DNA of 45,746 nucleotides from Escherichia phage vB_EcoS_AKS96, in the sequence record NC_024789.1. One strand, written 5' to 3'. Within the stretch, counting starts at the first letter, position 1; each line of letters starts with the position of its first letter. The notes beneath the pieces are model-generated. The model saw only the letters and a list, made by a program, of their open reading frames with translations. It searched no databases and had not been told where the DNA came from. Shown in pieces: positions 39,418-45,746 of the stretch. The position numbers and the translations under genes are program-made.

Positions 39418-39597
39418 TTACTTGATACGAACTTCAATCATCTGACCTTTATGAGGAAGATACAGCTTTGCGCGACCTCTAATCATTACGGTGATGATAT
39501 TCTCCTTAAGGTCAACGTGAAGTACTTTGCGGAACAGCGGCCCCATTTTTACCATCATGCCAGGTTTGATGTTTTCGATAGTAGTCATGATATCCAT
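39418..39597 (-). CDS. hypothetical small protein
   Basis: 59-aa ORF after cassette copy j. Confidence 0.3.
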   Translation of the reverse strand: MDIMTTIENIKPGMMVKMGPLFRKVLHVDLKENIITVMIRGRAKLYLPHKGQMIEVRIK

Positions 39598-39635
39598 TTT
39601 TTAGCCCTTTTAATGTATTTCGTTTCGATGAAGAG

Positions 39636-39681
39636 AATATATCAATTTTTGTTGTTAAGTTCTTTAGCAAAAAGTGCTATT
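39636..39681 (-). promoter_or_regulatory. conserved box-plus-minus-10 cassette (copy j)
   Basis: minus strand AATAGCACTTTTTGCTAAA, 23 bp, TATATT. Confidence 0.5.
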
Positions 39682-39796
39682 AAAGACCAACCAGACATTT
39701 GCCAACTACAACAGCGATTGCGCCCATGAAGCCAAAGAAACCAAACTTAATTACTTGTTCCATTACCGCATCAACTGCTTTAGAGATGTTTTTCAT
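39680..39796 (-). CDS. hypothetical small hydrophobic protein
   Basis: 38 aa from ATG 39796 (aaggtg RBS), hydrophobic C-terminus FGFFGFMGAIAVVV. Confidence 0.3.
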   Translation of the reverse strand: MKNISKAVDAVMEQVIKFGFFGFMGAIAVVVGKCLVGL

Positions 39797-39833
39797 TTTG
39801 TTCACCTTAGTTTTTGTCTTCTTGATGGAAACA

Positions 39834-39879
39834 AATATACCCGCCGAAGCGGGTACTGTCATTAGCAAAAAGTGCTATT
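39834..39879 (-). promoter_or_regulatory. conserved box-plus-minus-10 cassette (copy k)
   Basis: minus strand AATAGCACTTTTTGCTAA, 23 bp, TATATT. Confidence 0.45.
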
Positions 39880-40084
39880 TTTTTAAGTGCCCTGGCGCAT
39901 AGCATTTTCCATCCTTCTTATGCAAAACCCACCCAGCATATTTAAGTTGCCTTGCACAATCAGAAAAGTTCTCGCCCGCAGCGTCCGTATAGTGTGGCAT
40001 AAAATAAGAACCATCATCATTTGACTCAGTTGAGCACTTCTTACAGTCGCAATAAACAGCGATGGAATAACCTGAAACAATCAT
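39875..40084 (-). CDS. Cys-rich hypothetical protein
   Basis: 69 aa with CDCKKC and further Cys; ggagg RBS; ATGA coupling to upstream gene. Confidence 0.4.
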   Translation of the reverse strand: MIVSGYSIAVYCDCKKCSTESNDDGSYFMPHYTDAAGENFSDCARQLKYAGWVLHKKDGKCYAPGHLKK

Positions 40085-40434
40085 TTGTAAGCCTCCTCAA
40101 ACTTATACATCCCATAACCCACATCAAAGCCAACTTCTTCATCACGCGTCAACTGCCAGCCCTCGCCGTCTTCATCATAAATATACCCAGCGTTACGACC
40201 AAGTGATGCAGTCATTGATACCTGGTAACGCTTACCCTTACTGAAACTCTTCTTGAGTGGTGACTTGTGGTTCACGAAAGTGCAAAGCAAAGTCTTGGTC
40301 TTGACGTAACGACCCCGGCCGGTGAGATTTTGCCATTTACCATGAATCTTGATTTGCTCAATACCATCTTTAACGCGAGCTTTAAACAGATTGTTATCTG
40401 AGCTGATCCAGTTTTTAGTGATAGTGGTAGCCAT
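40081..40434 (-). CDS. hypothetical protein
   Basis: 117 aa, aaagga RBS. Confidence 0.4.
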   Translation of the reverse strand: MATTITKNWISSDNNLFKARVKDGIEQIKIHGKWQNLTGRGRYVKTKTLLCTFVNHKSPLKKSFSKGKRYQVSMTASLGRNAGYIYDEDGEGWQLTRDEEVGFDVGYGMYKFEEAYK

Positions 40435-40459
40435 TACTATTTTCCTTTTTGGTTTTTTA

Positions 40460-40762
40460 TTAGTTAGCGTTATGACGTTCGATATAGTCGCGGATTGTTT
40501 CGCCTACGCTTTTAGCGGCACCAAAAGTGCCCTTTGCGTGGCGTGAATCGCGGTACGTCTGGAAGAATTTACGAGCGATGTTTGCGAACATTGAACCAGT
40601 CACGCGAGCATCACCGAAATTTGTTTCGATAGCGTTGCTAATGCCATCCTTGAACTCATTTTCAGTCATGAACATCTCTGCCATGCCAGCAGTCTCGAAA
40701 AGGTTAGCTAATTCATTCATGTTGTTATGGTCTTCGGCTGTAAACAGGTTCATGTTAATCAT
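40460..40762 (-). CDS. hypothetical protein
   Basis: 100 aa downstream of cassette copy l. Confidence 0.4.
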   Translation of the reverse strand: MINMNLFTAEDHNNMNELANLFETAGMAEMFMTENEFKDGISNAIETNFGDARVTGSMFANIARKFFQTYRDSRHAKGTFGAAKSVGETIRDYIERHNAN

Positions 40763-40796
40763 CTTCGTGATTCCTTAGTTTCGTTTCGATGAGATG

Positions 40797-40841
40797 AATA
40801 TACAATAAAAGCCCCGAAGGGCTTTAGCAATTCGTGCTATT
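40797..40841 (-). promoter_or_regulatory. conserved box-plus-minus-10 cassette (copy l)
   Basis: minus strand AATAGCACGAATTGCTAAA, 22 bp, TATATT. Confidence 0.5.
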
Positions 40842-40989
40842 TCTTTGCTGCTTTTGCAATTGCCTTCTGGACGATGTTGAAGCTCTCAATCAAATCTTCT
40901 TTGAAGTAGTCACCAACAGGCCAACCCTTACCGCTGTACTTGGCTATGGTTTCTAGATCGTAATAGTTCAAGTCAGATGGCTTTAGCAT
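40837..40989 (-). CDS. hypothetical small protein
   Basis: 50-aa ORF, start adjacent to upstream stop, own stop is the TAG of box l. Confidence 0.3.
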   Translation of the reverse strand: MLKPSDLNYYDLETIAKYSGKGWPVGDYFKEDLIESFNIVQKAIAKAAKK

Positions 40990-41229
40990 TTACTTAACCT
41001 CATCAAAAGTTGCAACACCAGGGATAAACATTCCAACCTTCCAGCCAGAGATAGCAATCCAGCCGGAATCGTGCTTGTGAGGTCGCTCAGCGCCATTAAT
41101 AACCCACTCGTTAGGGATTGTTTTACCATTAATGATTAGAGGCTCAGCGTCGTATACGGAGCCTTTTATGAATGGTGTTAATACATTCTTATCCGCGCTT
41201 TGGATAACGTTGGTGCAGCGAATCTTCAT
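40990..41229 (-). CDS. hypothetical protein
   Basis: 79 aa. Confidence 0.4.
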   Translation of the reverse strand: MKIRCTNVIQSADKNVLTPFIKGSVYDAEPLIINGKTIPNEWVINGAERPHKHDSGWIAISGWKVGMFIPGVATFDEVK

Positions 41230-41444
41230 GCTACCACCTCAATTTCTTCATTACTAACAACAAACTGTTCACCTTGAAAGATTGCAAGAGTACCATCAAC
41301 ATATACATGATCCTTTAAACTCATCATGTAGAAGCCTTCAATCTCGTAAACTTCCACCTCCTCACCAATCTGATAGCCAAGTTCGGCAAGGCTCATTGAA
41401 TCTTCGTCGTACCTAATTTCGTTGTTGATAATAATCGCTTTCAT
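41226..41444 (-). CDS. hypothetical acidic protein
   Basis: 72 aa, first gene after cassette copy m. Confidence 0.4.
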   Translation of the reverse strand: MKAIIINNEIRYDEDSMSLAELGYQIGEEVEVYEIEGFYMMSLKDHVYVDGTLAIFQGEQFVVSNEEIEVVA

Positions 41445-41472
41445 GTTTCTTCTCCTCTCTGTTGATTAGCAA

Positions 41473-41518
41473 ACTATAGCCAGTCATGGTGGATTTGTCT
41501 TTAGCAAAAAGTGCTATT
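41473..41518 (-). promoter_or_regulatory. conserved box-plus-minus-10 cassette (copy m)
   Basis: minus strand AATAGCACTTTTTGCTAAA, 23 bp, TATAGT. Confidence 0.5.
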
Positions 41519-41529
41519 CGTCAGATTTA

Positions 41530-41650
41530 TGGATTGTTGCAGGCATTGCAATGATTCGCAGTACTATTGCATCTATAGAAATATTGCATCTGTCGCAATG
41601 ATTTTCTGGACTGTTGCGAATTTAGCAATGATTGATGGATTGATGGAATG
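41530..41650. repeat. iteron-like short direct repeats
   Basis: GCAATGATT x3 (41548, 41595, 41625), ATTGCATCT x2 (41567, 41583), TGGAYTGTTGC x2, tandem ATTGATGG x2. Confidence 0.6.
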
Positions 41651-41820
41651 AAAGGAAGGGCGTATCAACTAGTTGGTTGGTTTTAGCTTTCACAAGGAGC
41701 TTTCCTTTATGTACGCGTTATGGCTTGTTCAACCGTGTAGAGAAATTGCCATATTTACGCCATCCACGCCAGTTTACGCGCTGGTTACAAAATAAATCCC
41801 TTATATAACAACCCTTTAGA

Positions 41821-41843
41821 TTTATTATTATTATTATTATTAT
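41821..41843. repeat. (TTA)n microsatellite in AT-rich intergenic region
   Basis: about 7 TTA units; shorter counterpart at 22129-22140. Confidence 0.7.
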
Positions 41844-42060
41844 ATATGTTATTCCGTAACCATGATTATCTGAGATATTGGTGATATTTTTTTGATATTG
41901 CGCGGCGCATAAAGATTTAGATAAAGAGATAGGGATGCAAGCGGGGTGGCGAAAATGGCTTAACAGACCATAACGGCAATAACAGCCTTGATACGACTAG
42001 CGTCAGCATGTAACAATTTAGCATAACGTGCGATTACCGAGTTGAACGTGTAAATAACGC

Positions 42061-42088
42061 TTGCGACATTCACCAATCATGGTAAGAT
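42061..42088 (+). promoter_or_regulatory. candidate sigma70-type promoter for plus operon 42119 onward
   Basis: TTGCGA, 16 bp, TAAGAT, then leader aaacgagagga. Confidence 0.4.
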
Positions 42089-42118
42089 GCTCTCACACCA
42101 AACGAGAGGAGTAGTAAA

Positions 42119-42634
42119 ATGAGTAATACAATTCGTGAAGCAAACCCGACACTTGGCGACCTGGTGCGGCACCTTGTTAAGATGGCTCTTAATTCAGAGG
42201 ATGGAAGCGTAACAGTTCCCGTTAAGTTGCTTTACAAGAATCTTTACGGAGAAATTGATAACGACTATGTAGCAGCTGACTTTAGACCTGGCGGCAAATA
42301 TTCACTTCCAAAGCTTAAGGCTTCCTATGTTTCAAATACAGCCAGCAGAATGCAGGAAGTTAAAGACGCAGATAAGCGCGCAAGGTTCTCTTGTGGAGAG
42401 ATGGAGTATAATGGTGATGAGCATTATTGCGTAAAAATCACAATGGTCAACGGTGCTGTTAAGAATGGAACCCGAGCTAAGACAAACAGTCAATTAGAGG
42501 AGAAAGCGGTAAGCGAGTTTAAAGCTAGGCTACTTAAGCTTTCCCCCAGCGTAGCAGGAATGAGTGGAGATGAACTGAAGGGTGCGGTAGCTATGATTAA
42601 CGCATATCAGGAAATGATTAAGGAGACTAAATAA
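42119..42634 (+). CDS. hypothetical protein
   Basis: 171 aa, first gene of operon, gagagga RBS. Confidence 0.45.
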   Translation: MSNTIREANPTLGDLVRHLVKMALNSEDGSVTVPVKLLYKNLYGEIDNDYVAADFRPGGKYSLPKLKASYVSNTASRMQEVKDADKRARFSCGEMEYNGDEHYCVKITMVNGAVKNGTRAKTNSQLEEKAVSEFKARLLKLSPSVAGMSGDELKGAVAMINAYQEMIKETK

Positions 42635-43176
42635 TGTTTGATTTCAACGAGGATAAACTTACTCATGAGCAGGTGTTAGCGGTAGCAGCGGCAGACGATC
42701 TGCCCCCATTACGAGTATCAATAATTGCAAATGGTTATCGACAATCTGCAAATATATGGCCTGAGCTGGATAAGGTCAAAGATTTTGAACTAGACAGTGG
42801 AACTTTAAAGATTACTGAAATACTCATCAAGCAAGGGATGAACTCCAAAGGCGTTGTTGGTCTCAGGTCACTATATGAGGCGGCACGCAAAGTTAAGCCA
42901 TTCGATGGGCGAAATGGAGTAATGGAGGAGATTAAGGAAGTCATCATTCCAAATCTGGATAAGCTTGGCTATGCATGCCTAATTGGCGATAAGATTTATA
43001 TCAACCCTAGATTGCTGGATGGCAAGCAGGACTGGACTTACAAGGTCAAGCCACTGGAAGATGATTTCAACATCGAGGATTGTGAGAAGGTTGTCGACGA
43101 GATTATTGTCAAGGCTATCGATGAGCAGATCGAGAAGCTCAAGCGAAAGAAGAAATATCTCCTGACCGGTAAATAG
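42634..43176 (+). CDS. hypothetical protein, short paralog of 37794-39377
   Basis: 180 aa; N-terminus MFDFNEDKLTHEQVLAVAAADDLPPLRV and internal KGVVGLRSLYEAARKV...CLIGDKIYINPRLL match the large protein. Confidence 0.5.
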   Translation: MFDFNEDKLTHEQVLAVAAADDLPPLRVSIIANGYRQSANIWPELDKVKDFELDSGTLKITEILIKQGMNSKGVVGLRSLYEAARKVKPFDGRNGVMEEIKEVIIPNLDKLGYACLIGDKIYINPRLLDGKQDWTYKVKPLEDDFNIEDCEKVVDEIIVKAIDEQIEKLKRKKKYLLTGK

Positions 43177-43216
43177 CACGAATTGCTAAACAATAAATCG
43201 GGTAGTCAGCTATGAT
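43172..43216 (+). promoter_or_regulatory. conserved box-plus-minus-10 cassette (copy h)
   Basis: AATAGCACGAATTGCTAAA, 22 bp, TATGAT; contains stop TAG of 42634-43176. Confidence 0.5.
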
Positions 43217-43247
43217 TACCCCATCAACCAAACGAGAGGAATAAAAG

Positions 43248-43481
43248 ATGATCGTAATTAACCTATCTGAAAGGCAAGCCAAAGAGATTAAAGCAGTACT
43301 AATGCATTGCCTTAGCCGCAAGATGTTTAGCGCGTCAGAATCGCTTACAGAGGTTGTAAATCAGATTCGAAATCAGGAGTTTGAAGATATACTGCCGTGG
43401 GAAGAGGACTTGGCCTGGCTTGAGTACGAGCAGATTTGCACGGCACTATCAGGCTGCCAACTGGATAGCCAATACAAGTGA
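43248..43481 (+). CDS. hypothetical protein
   Basis: 77 aa after leader aaacgagagga. Confidence 0.4.
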   Translation: MIVINLSERQAKEIKAVLMHCLSRKMFSASESLTEVVNQIRNQEFEDILPWEEDLAWLEYEQICTALSGCQLDSQYK

Positions 43482-43599
43482 CAATCTACGAACACACATT
43501 CAGCAGCAGGGGTATCGATATGCTCCTGCATTACGTAGACGAGAGATACGCCATGTTAATGCAGAAGACGCATGGCGGCACTATAACGAGGGTTGAGAT

Positions 43600-43722
43600 A
43601 TGTACTACTATATGATTCCTGTTGAAGATTTGATTCGTGATTACAGTCACGGCTACATTGCTGTATGCGACGCTGATACAATGACTGCATATGTTGACTT
43701 TGACTTTGAATTTGAGGATTGA
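43600..43722 (+). CDS. hypothetical small protein
   Basis: 40-aa ORF; start context gagggttgagatATG mirrors that of 43726. Confidence 0.25.
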   Translation: MYYYMIPVEDLIRDYSHGYIAVCDADTMTAYVDFDFEFED

Positions 43723-43725
43723 GAT

Positions 43726-44025
43726 ATGAGTAAGTACGAAAAAGAGATTATTGGCCTGGACGGCACCAAGACTACGGTTGATGTATATCGCGTCATCGCA
43801 GCATTTGGCGTAACGGACCCGGCACTACAGCATGCCATCAAAAAGGTACTGTGCAGCGGCATTCGAACACGACATAAGGATTACCCTACCGACATCAATG
43901 AGGCCATTGTATCGCTTCAGAAGGCCATAGAATTCCATGATCAAAGGGGTGCGCATGTCCAGGAACTTATAGACAAGTATCGCAACGGACCTAAACATTA
44001 TCTTGATAGCTGGAGCAACAAATAG
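43726..44025 (+). CDS. hypothetical protein
   Basis: 99 aa, stop is the TAG of box i. Confidence 0.4.
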   Translation: MSKYEKEIIGLDGTKTTVDVYRVIAAFGVTDPALQHAIKKVLCSGIRTRHKDYPTDINEAIVSLQKAIEFHDQRGAHVQELIDKYRNGPKHYLDSWSNK

Positions 44026-44065
44026 CACAAATTGCTAAACATCCATCGCAAGGATGCGTTACCAT
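44021..44065 (+). promoter_or_regulatory. conserved box-plus-minus-10 cassette (copy i)
   Basis: AATAGCACAAATTGCTAAA, 22 bp, TACCAT. Confidence 0.45.
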
Positions 44066-44097
44066 TACTTTATCGAAATGAGACGAGGAAAGATTAA

Positions 44098-44226
44098 ATG
44101 TGTGGATATGATGAGTTGCCAAGTGAATGGTGTAAAAAGATGATGGATGAGGCTAAAGATGGGGATGAAGTAATGGCGTACTTTGAGTTGATGAACATGT
44201 GGCATGAGCGCGAGGAGAAGAAATGA
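44098..44226 (+). CDS. hypothetical small protein
   Basis: 42-aa ORF after cassette leader, ATGA coupled to next gene. Confidence 0.3.
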   Translation: MCGYDELPSEWCKKMMDEAKDGDEVMAYFELMNMWHEREEKK

Positions 44227-44516
44227 AGATTAACGTATTCAATGGCAACTTATTGGCAGCCAACGATTCTGAAGGTGGTGACGGCAAGCGAGCAATTCAC
44301 ATGGGGAGTAAGAAACAAACAATGAGGCGCATATCTATTGATGAAGCAATTAAAATTGGTAGCTTCGTTTGCTTGCGGGTATGTGATGGTGAGCTTCAAG
44401 CGGAACAGGTTAGGAATGGTTACGTATATACTGGATATGATGAATATGACGATGAGAGAGAATTGTTTCAGCCTGCATTTTATCTCGACGCTGAATTTTA
44501 CATCGCTGGAGAATAA
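44223..44516 (+). CDS. hypothetical protein
   Basis: 97 aa. Confidence 0.4.
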   Translation: MKINVFNGNLLAANDSEGGDGKRAIHMGSKKQTMRRISIDEAIKIGSFVCLRVCDGELQAEQVRNGYVYTGYDEYDDERELFQPAFYLDAEFYIAGE

Positions 44517-44519
44517 CCC

Positions 44520-44654
44520 ATGATATGGATTCACACGTACTACACTGGCAAGTTCAATAGCGTAATGCACAAACGAATGTATGACAGCTATGAAGCGGCA
44601 AAGGCACAGCAGGCAGTCCTAGGTGGCGATATTCAATCTTACAAGAAGGCTTAA
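44520..44654 (+). CDS. hypothetical small protein
   Basis: 44-aa ORF with ggag RBS filling gap between neighbours. Confidence 0.3.
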   Translation: MIWIHTYYTGKFNSVMHKRMYDSYEAAKAQQAVLGGDIQSYKKA

Positions 44655-44656
44655 TC

Positions 44657-44896
44657 ATGTTCGGACTTACTCAACCACAATTTAATGCAGTTCGCGCCCA
44701 AGCTAAGAAACTTAACGAGGCGGTGGATAAGCTGACAAGCAAGCAGAAGCAGGATAATGACATCATGAAGGCGATTATCTGTGAGTTTCATAGCCCAGTC
44801 AGTACAATCATCGAGAAGATGAAGTTTGTTTGGGTTGCAGGCTATCTTGCTGGTCGCGTAGGTAAGCGTGAAGATGGGGAGCAGATTTATGACTAA
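44657..44896 (+). CDS. hypothetical protein
   Basis: 79 aa. Confidence 0.4.
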   Translation: MFGLTQPQFNAVRAQAKKLNEAVDKLTSKQKQDNDIMKAIICEFHSPVSTIIEKMKFVWVAGYLAGRVGKREDGEQIYD

Positions 44897-45083
44897 ATCA
44901 ATAGGGAAAGTCAGATGTATTGGGTCTTACAATGATAAGAAGTTCAAAACTGGTAAATCTTACAGCATTTTGTCATCACCCGCATATGGTTGGGTTAAAT
45001 GTGAGTCAGAAGATGGGTGTATAGAGATGGTTAAAGATGGCAATGACATTGAGTTTGGTTACTTTGAGGTATTTTATGACTGA
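44889..45083 (+). CDS. hypothetical protein
   Basis: 64 aa from ATG 44889 (ggggag RBS), overlaps upstream stop. Confidence 0.35.
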   Translation: MTKSIGKVRCIGSYNDKKFKTGKSYSILSSPAYGWVKCESEDGCIEMVKDGNDIEFGYFEVFYD

Positions 45084-45140
45084 GATATCAATCTGGTTCC
45101 TGGCTGGCATGTTGACGTGGATTTATTTCGTCGTCATGGC

Positions 45141-45169
45141 TTGACGAAAATGTTAAAAGTGGTTAGTAT
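45141..45169 (+). promoter_or_regulatory. candidate sigma70-type promoter upstream of tRNA region
   Basis: TTGACG, 17 bp, TAGTAT. Confidence 0.4.
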
Positions 45170-45369
45170 TAACCACGTAGACGGCAATGACCGTAACGCG
45201 CATCGCGGAGATGCAAGCCGATAGCCGGGCTGTATAAAGATACGAGGCAAATAAAACCGCAGTTAGACATTGAGTGCTTAGCATAGCGCACGCCTTAATG
45301 CAGTAAGTCGGACTTGACCTTCCGAGGATTGTGAAACCTCCCCGCATTCGGTAAGCGGGACTCATTCTA

Positions 45370-45445
45370 GTTCTGCTGGCGTAACAGGATAACGCAGAGA
45401 CCTCCTAAGTCTCAGTTACTGGTTCGAGTCCAGTGCGGAACACCA
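45370..45445 (+). tRNA. tRNA-Arg (anticodon CCU), CCA encoded
   Basis: hand-folded cloverleaf: 7-bp acceptor stem with one G-U, 4-bp D stem, 5-bp anticodon stem with loop CTCCTAA, T-loop TTCGAGT, 3' ACCA. Confidence 0.7.
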
Positions 45446-45461
45446 AACATGGAGCATCCTA

Positions 45462-45647
45462 GTGAATAACTACGAAGTCCGTTTAACTTCCCGCCTAATG
45501 GGTCGGCAATGCAAATCTTGCCAGCAATCCTACGAAGGTAGGTTCATTGCTAAAAGCCCTGAAGAAGCAGTTGCAGCCGCAAAGGCAGCATTTAAGATTG
45601 ACCTGACAGTCCACAAAGTCAGCGTTGATAAAGTATCCCTCGTTTGA
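45462..45647 (+). CDS. hypothetical protein
   Basis: 61-aa ORF followed by terminator; weak RBS. Confidence 0.3.
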   Translation: MNNYEVRLTSRLMGRQCKSCQQSYEGRFIAKSPEEAVAAAKAAFKIDLTVHKVSVDKVSLV

Positions 45648-45675
45648 GATTGGTCATCTCGCAATGCAGTACCTT

Positions 45676-45699
45676 GCCCTCCTTGTGAGGGCTTTTTTT
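45676..45699 (+). terminator. rho-independent terminator
   Basis: gccctc-cttgt-gagggc plus ttttttt; downstream aggagg at 45733 likely serves the ATG at position 1 if the genome is circularly permuted. Confidence 0.6.
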
Positions 45700-45746
45700 C
45701 GTCCATAGTCATGGTACAATGACTTTTAAAACAGGAGGAATATCAA

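Noticed and set aside
39394-39729. Plus-strand ORFs 39394-39729, 39674-39865 and 39699-39902
   Set aside because: Overlap better-supported minus-strand genes and promoter cassettes; no RBS.
43381-43596. 71-aa ORF overlapping the end of 43248-43481
   Set aside because: Out-of-frame overlap with a cassette-driven gene, Arg-rich low-complexity translation, no RBS.
21956-44065. Sigma54-type promoters (box TAGCAC-N3-TTGCT resembles TGGCAC-N5-TTGC)
   Set aside because: Spacing between the two half-sites is 2 bp too short and the GG dinucleotide is replaced by AG; both are critical for sigma54 recognition.
21956-44065. CRISPR array formed by the repeated box
   Set aside because: Copies are separated by hundreds to thousands of bp of coding sequence, occur on both strands and have no uniform spacers.
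45153-45365. 70-aa minus-strand ORF
   Set aside because: Overlaps the consensus-like promoter and the tRNA leader, has no RBS and low-complexity composition; probably non-coding.
1-45746. Integrase, repressor or other lysogeny module
   Set aside because: No tyrosine or serine recombinase-like ORF and no CI-like repressor found; the genome appears virulent, although the Rha-like gene alone does not settle this.

Overview
The window reads as an essentially complete genome of a tailed siphophage whose gene order resembles coliphage T1 (my inference from architecture, not a database hit). No integrase or repressor is visible. Layout: (1) plus-strand late block 1-20677: putative TerS, an HNH endonuclease wedged before TerL, portal, head morphogenesis, scaffold, decoration-like protein, a collagen-like insert, major capsid, connectors, major tail, chaperone pair, tape measure, lambda-like M/L/K/I/J. 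(2) Convergent minus-strand fibre and Cor-like lipoprotein. (3) Plus-strand Rha-like regulator, exonuclease, Erf and SSB. (4) Minus-strand tailspike, primase and HTH protein. (5) Plus-strand helicase, VRR-NUC, small genes, HTH-metallophosphoesterase, second HNH, pinholin/SAR-endolysin/u-spanin. (6) Minus-strand 527-aa orphan plus a small-gene operon. (7) Plus-strand tightly coupled small-gene operon ending in tRNA-Arg(CCU). Most noteworthy: at least 13 copies of a conserved intergenic promoter-like cassette (palindromic box TAGCA-N5-TGCTA, then a TATAnT element 22 bp downstream, then a conserved leader), most of which contain the stop codon of the upstream gene; a diverged paralog pair in which a 180-aa protein equals the N- and C-termini of the 527-aa protein; a collagen-like gene inserted in the head module; and iteron-like repeats plus duplicated AT-rich elements in the two large intergenic regions. 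All product calls rest on motifs read by eye and on gene position; no searches were run.
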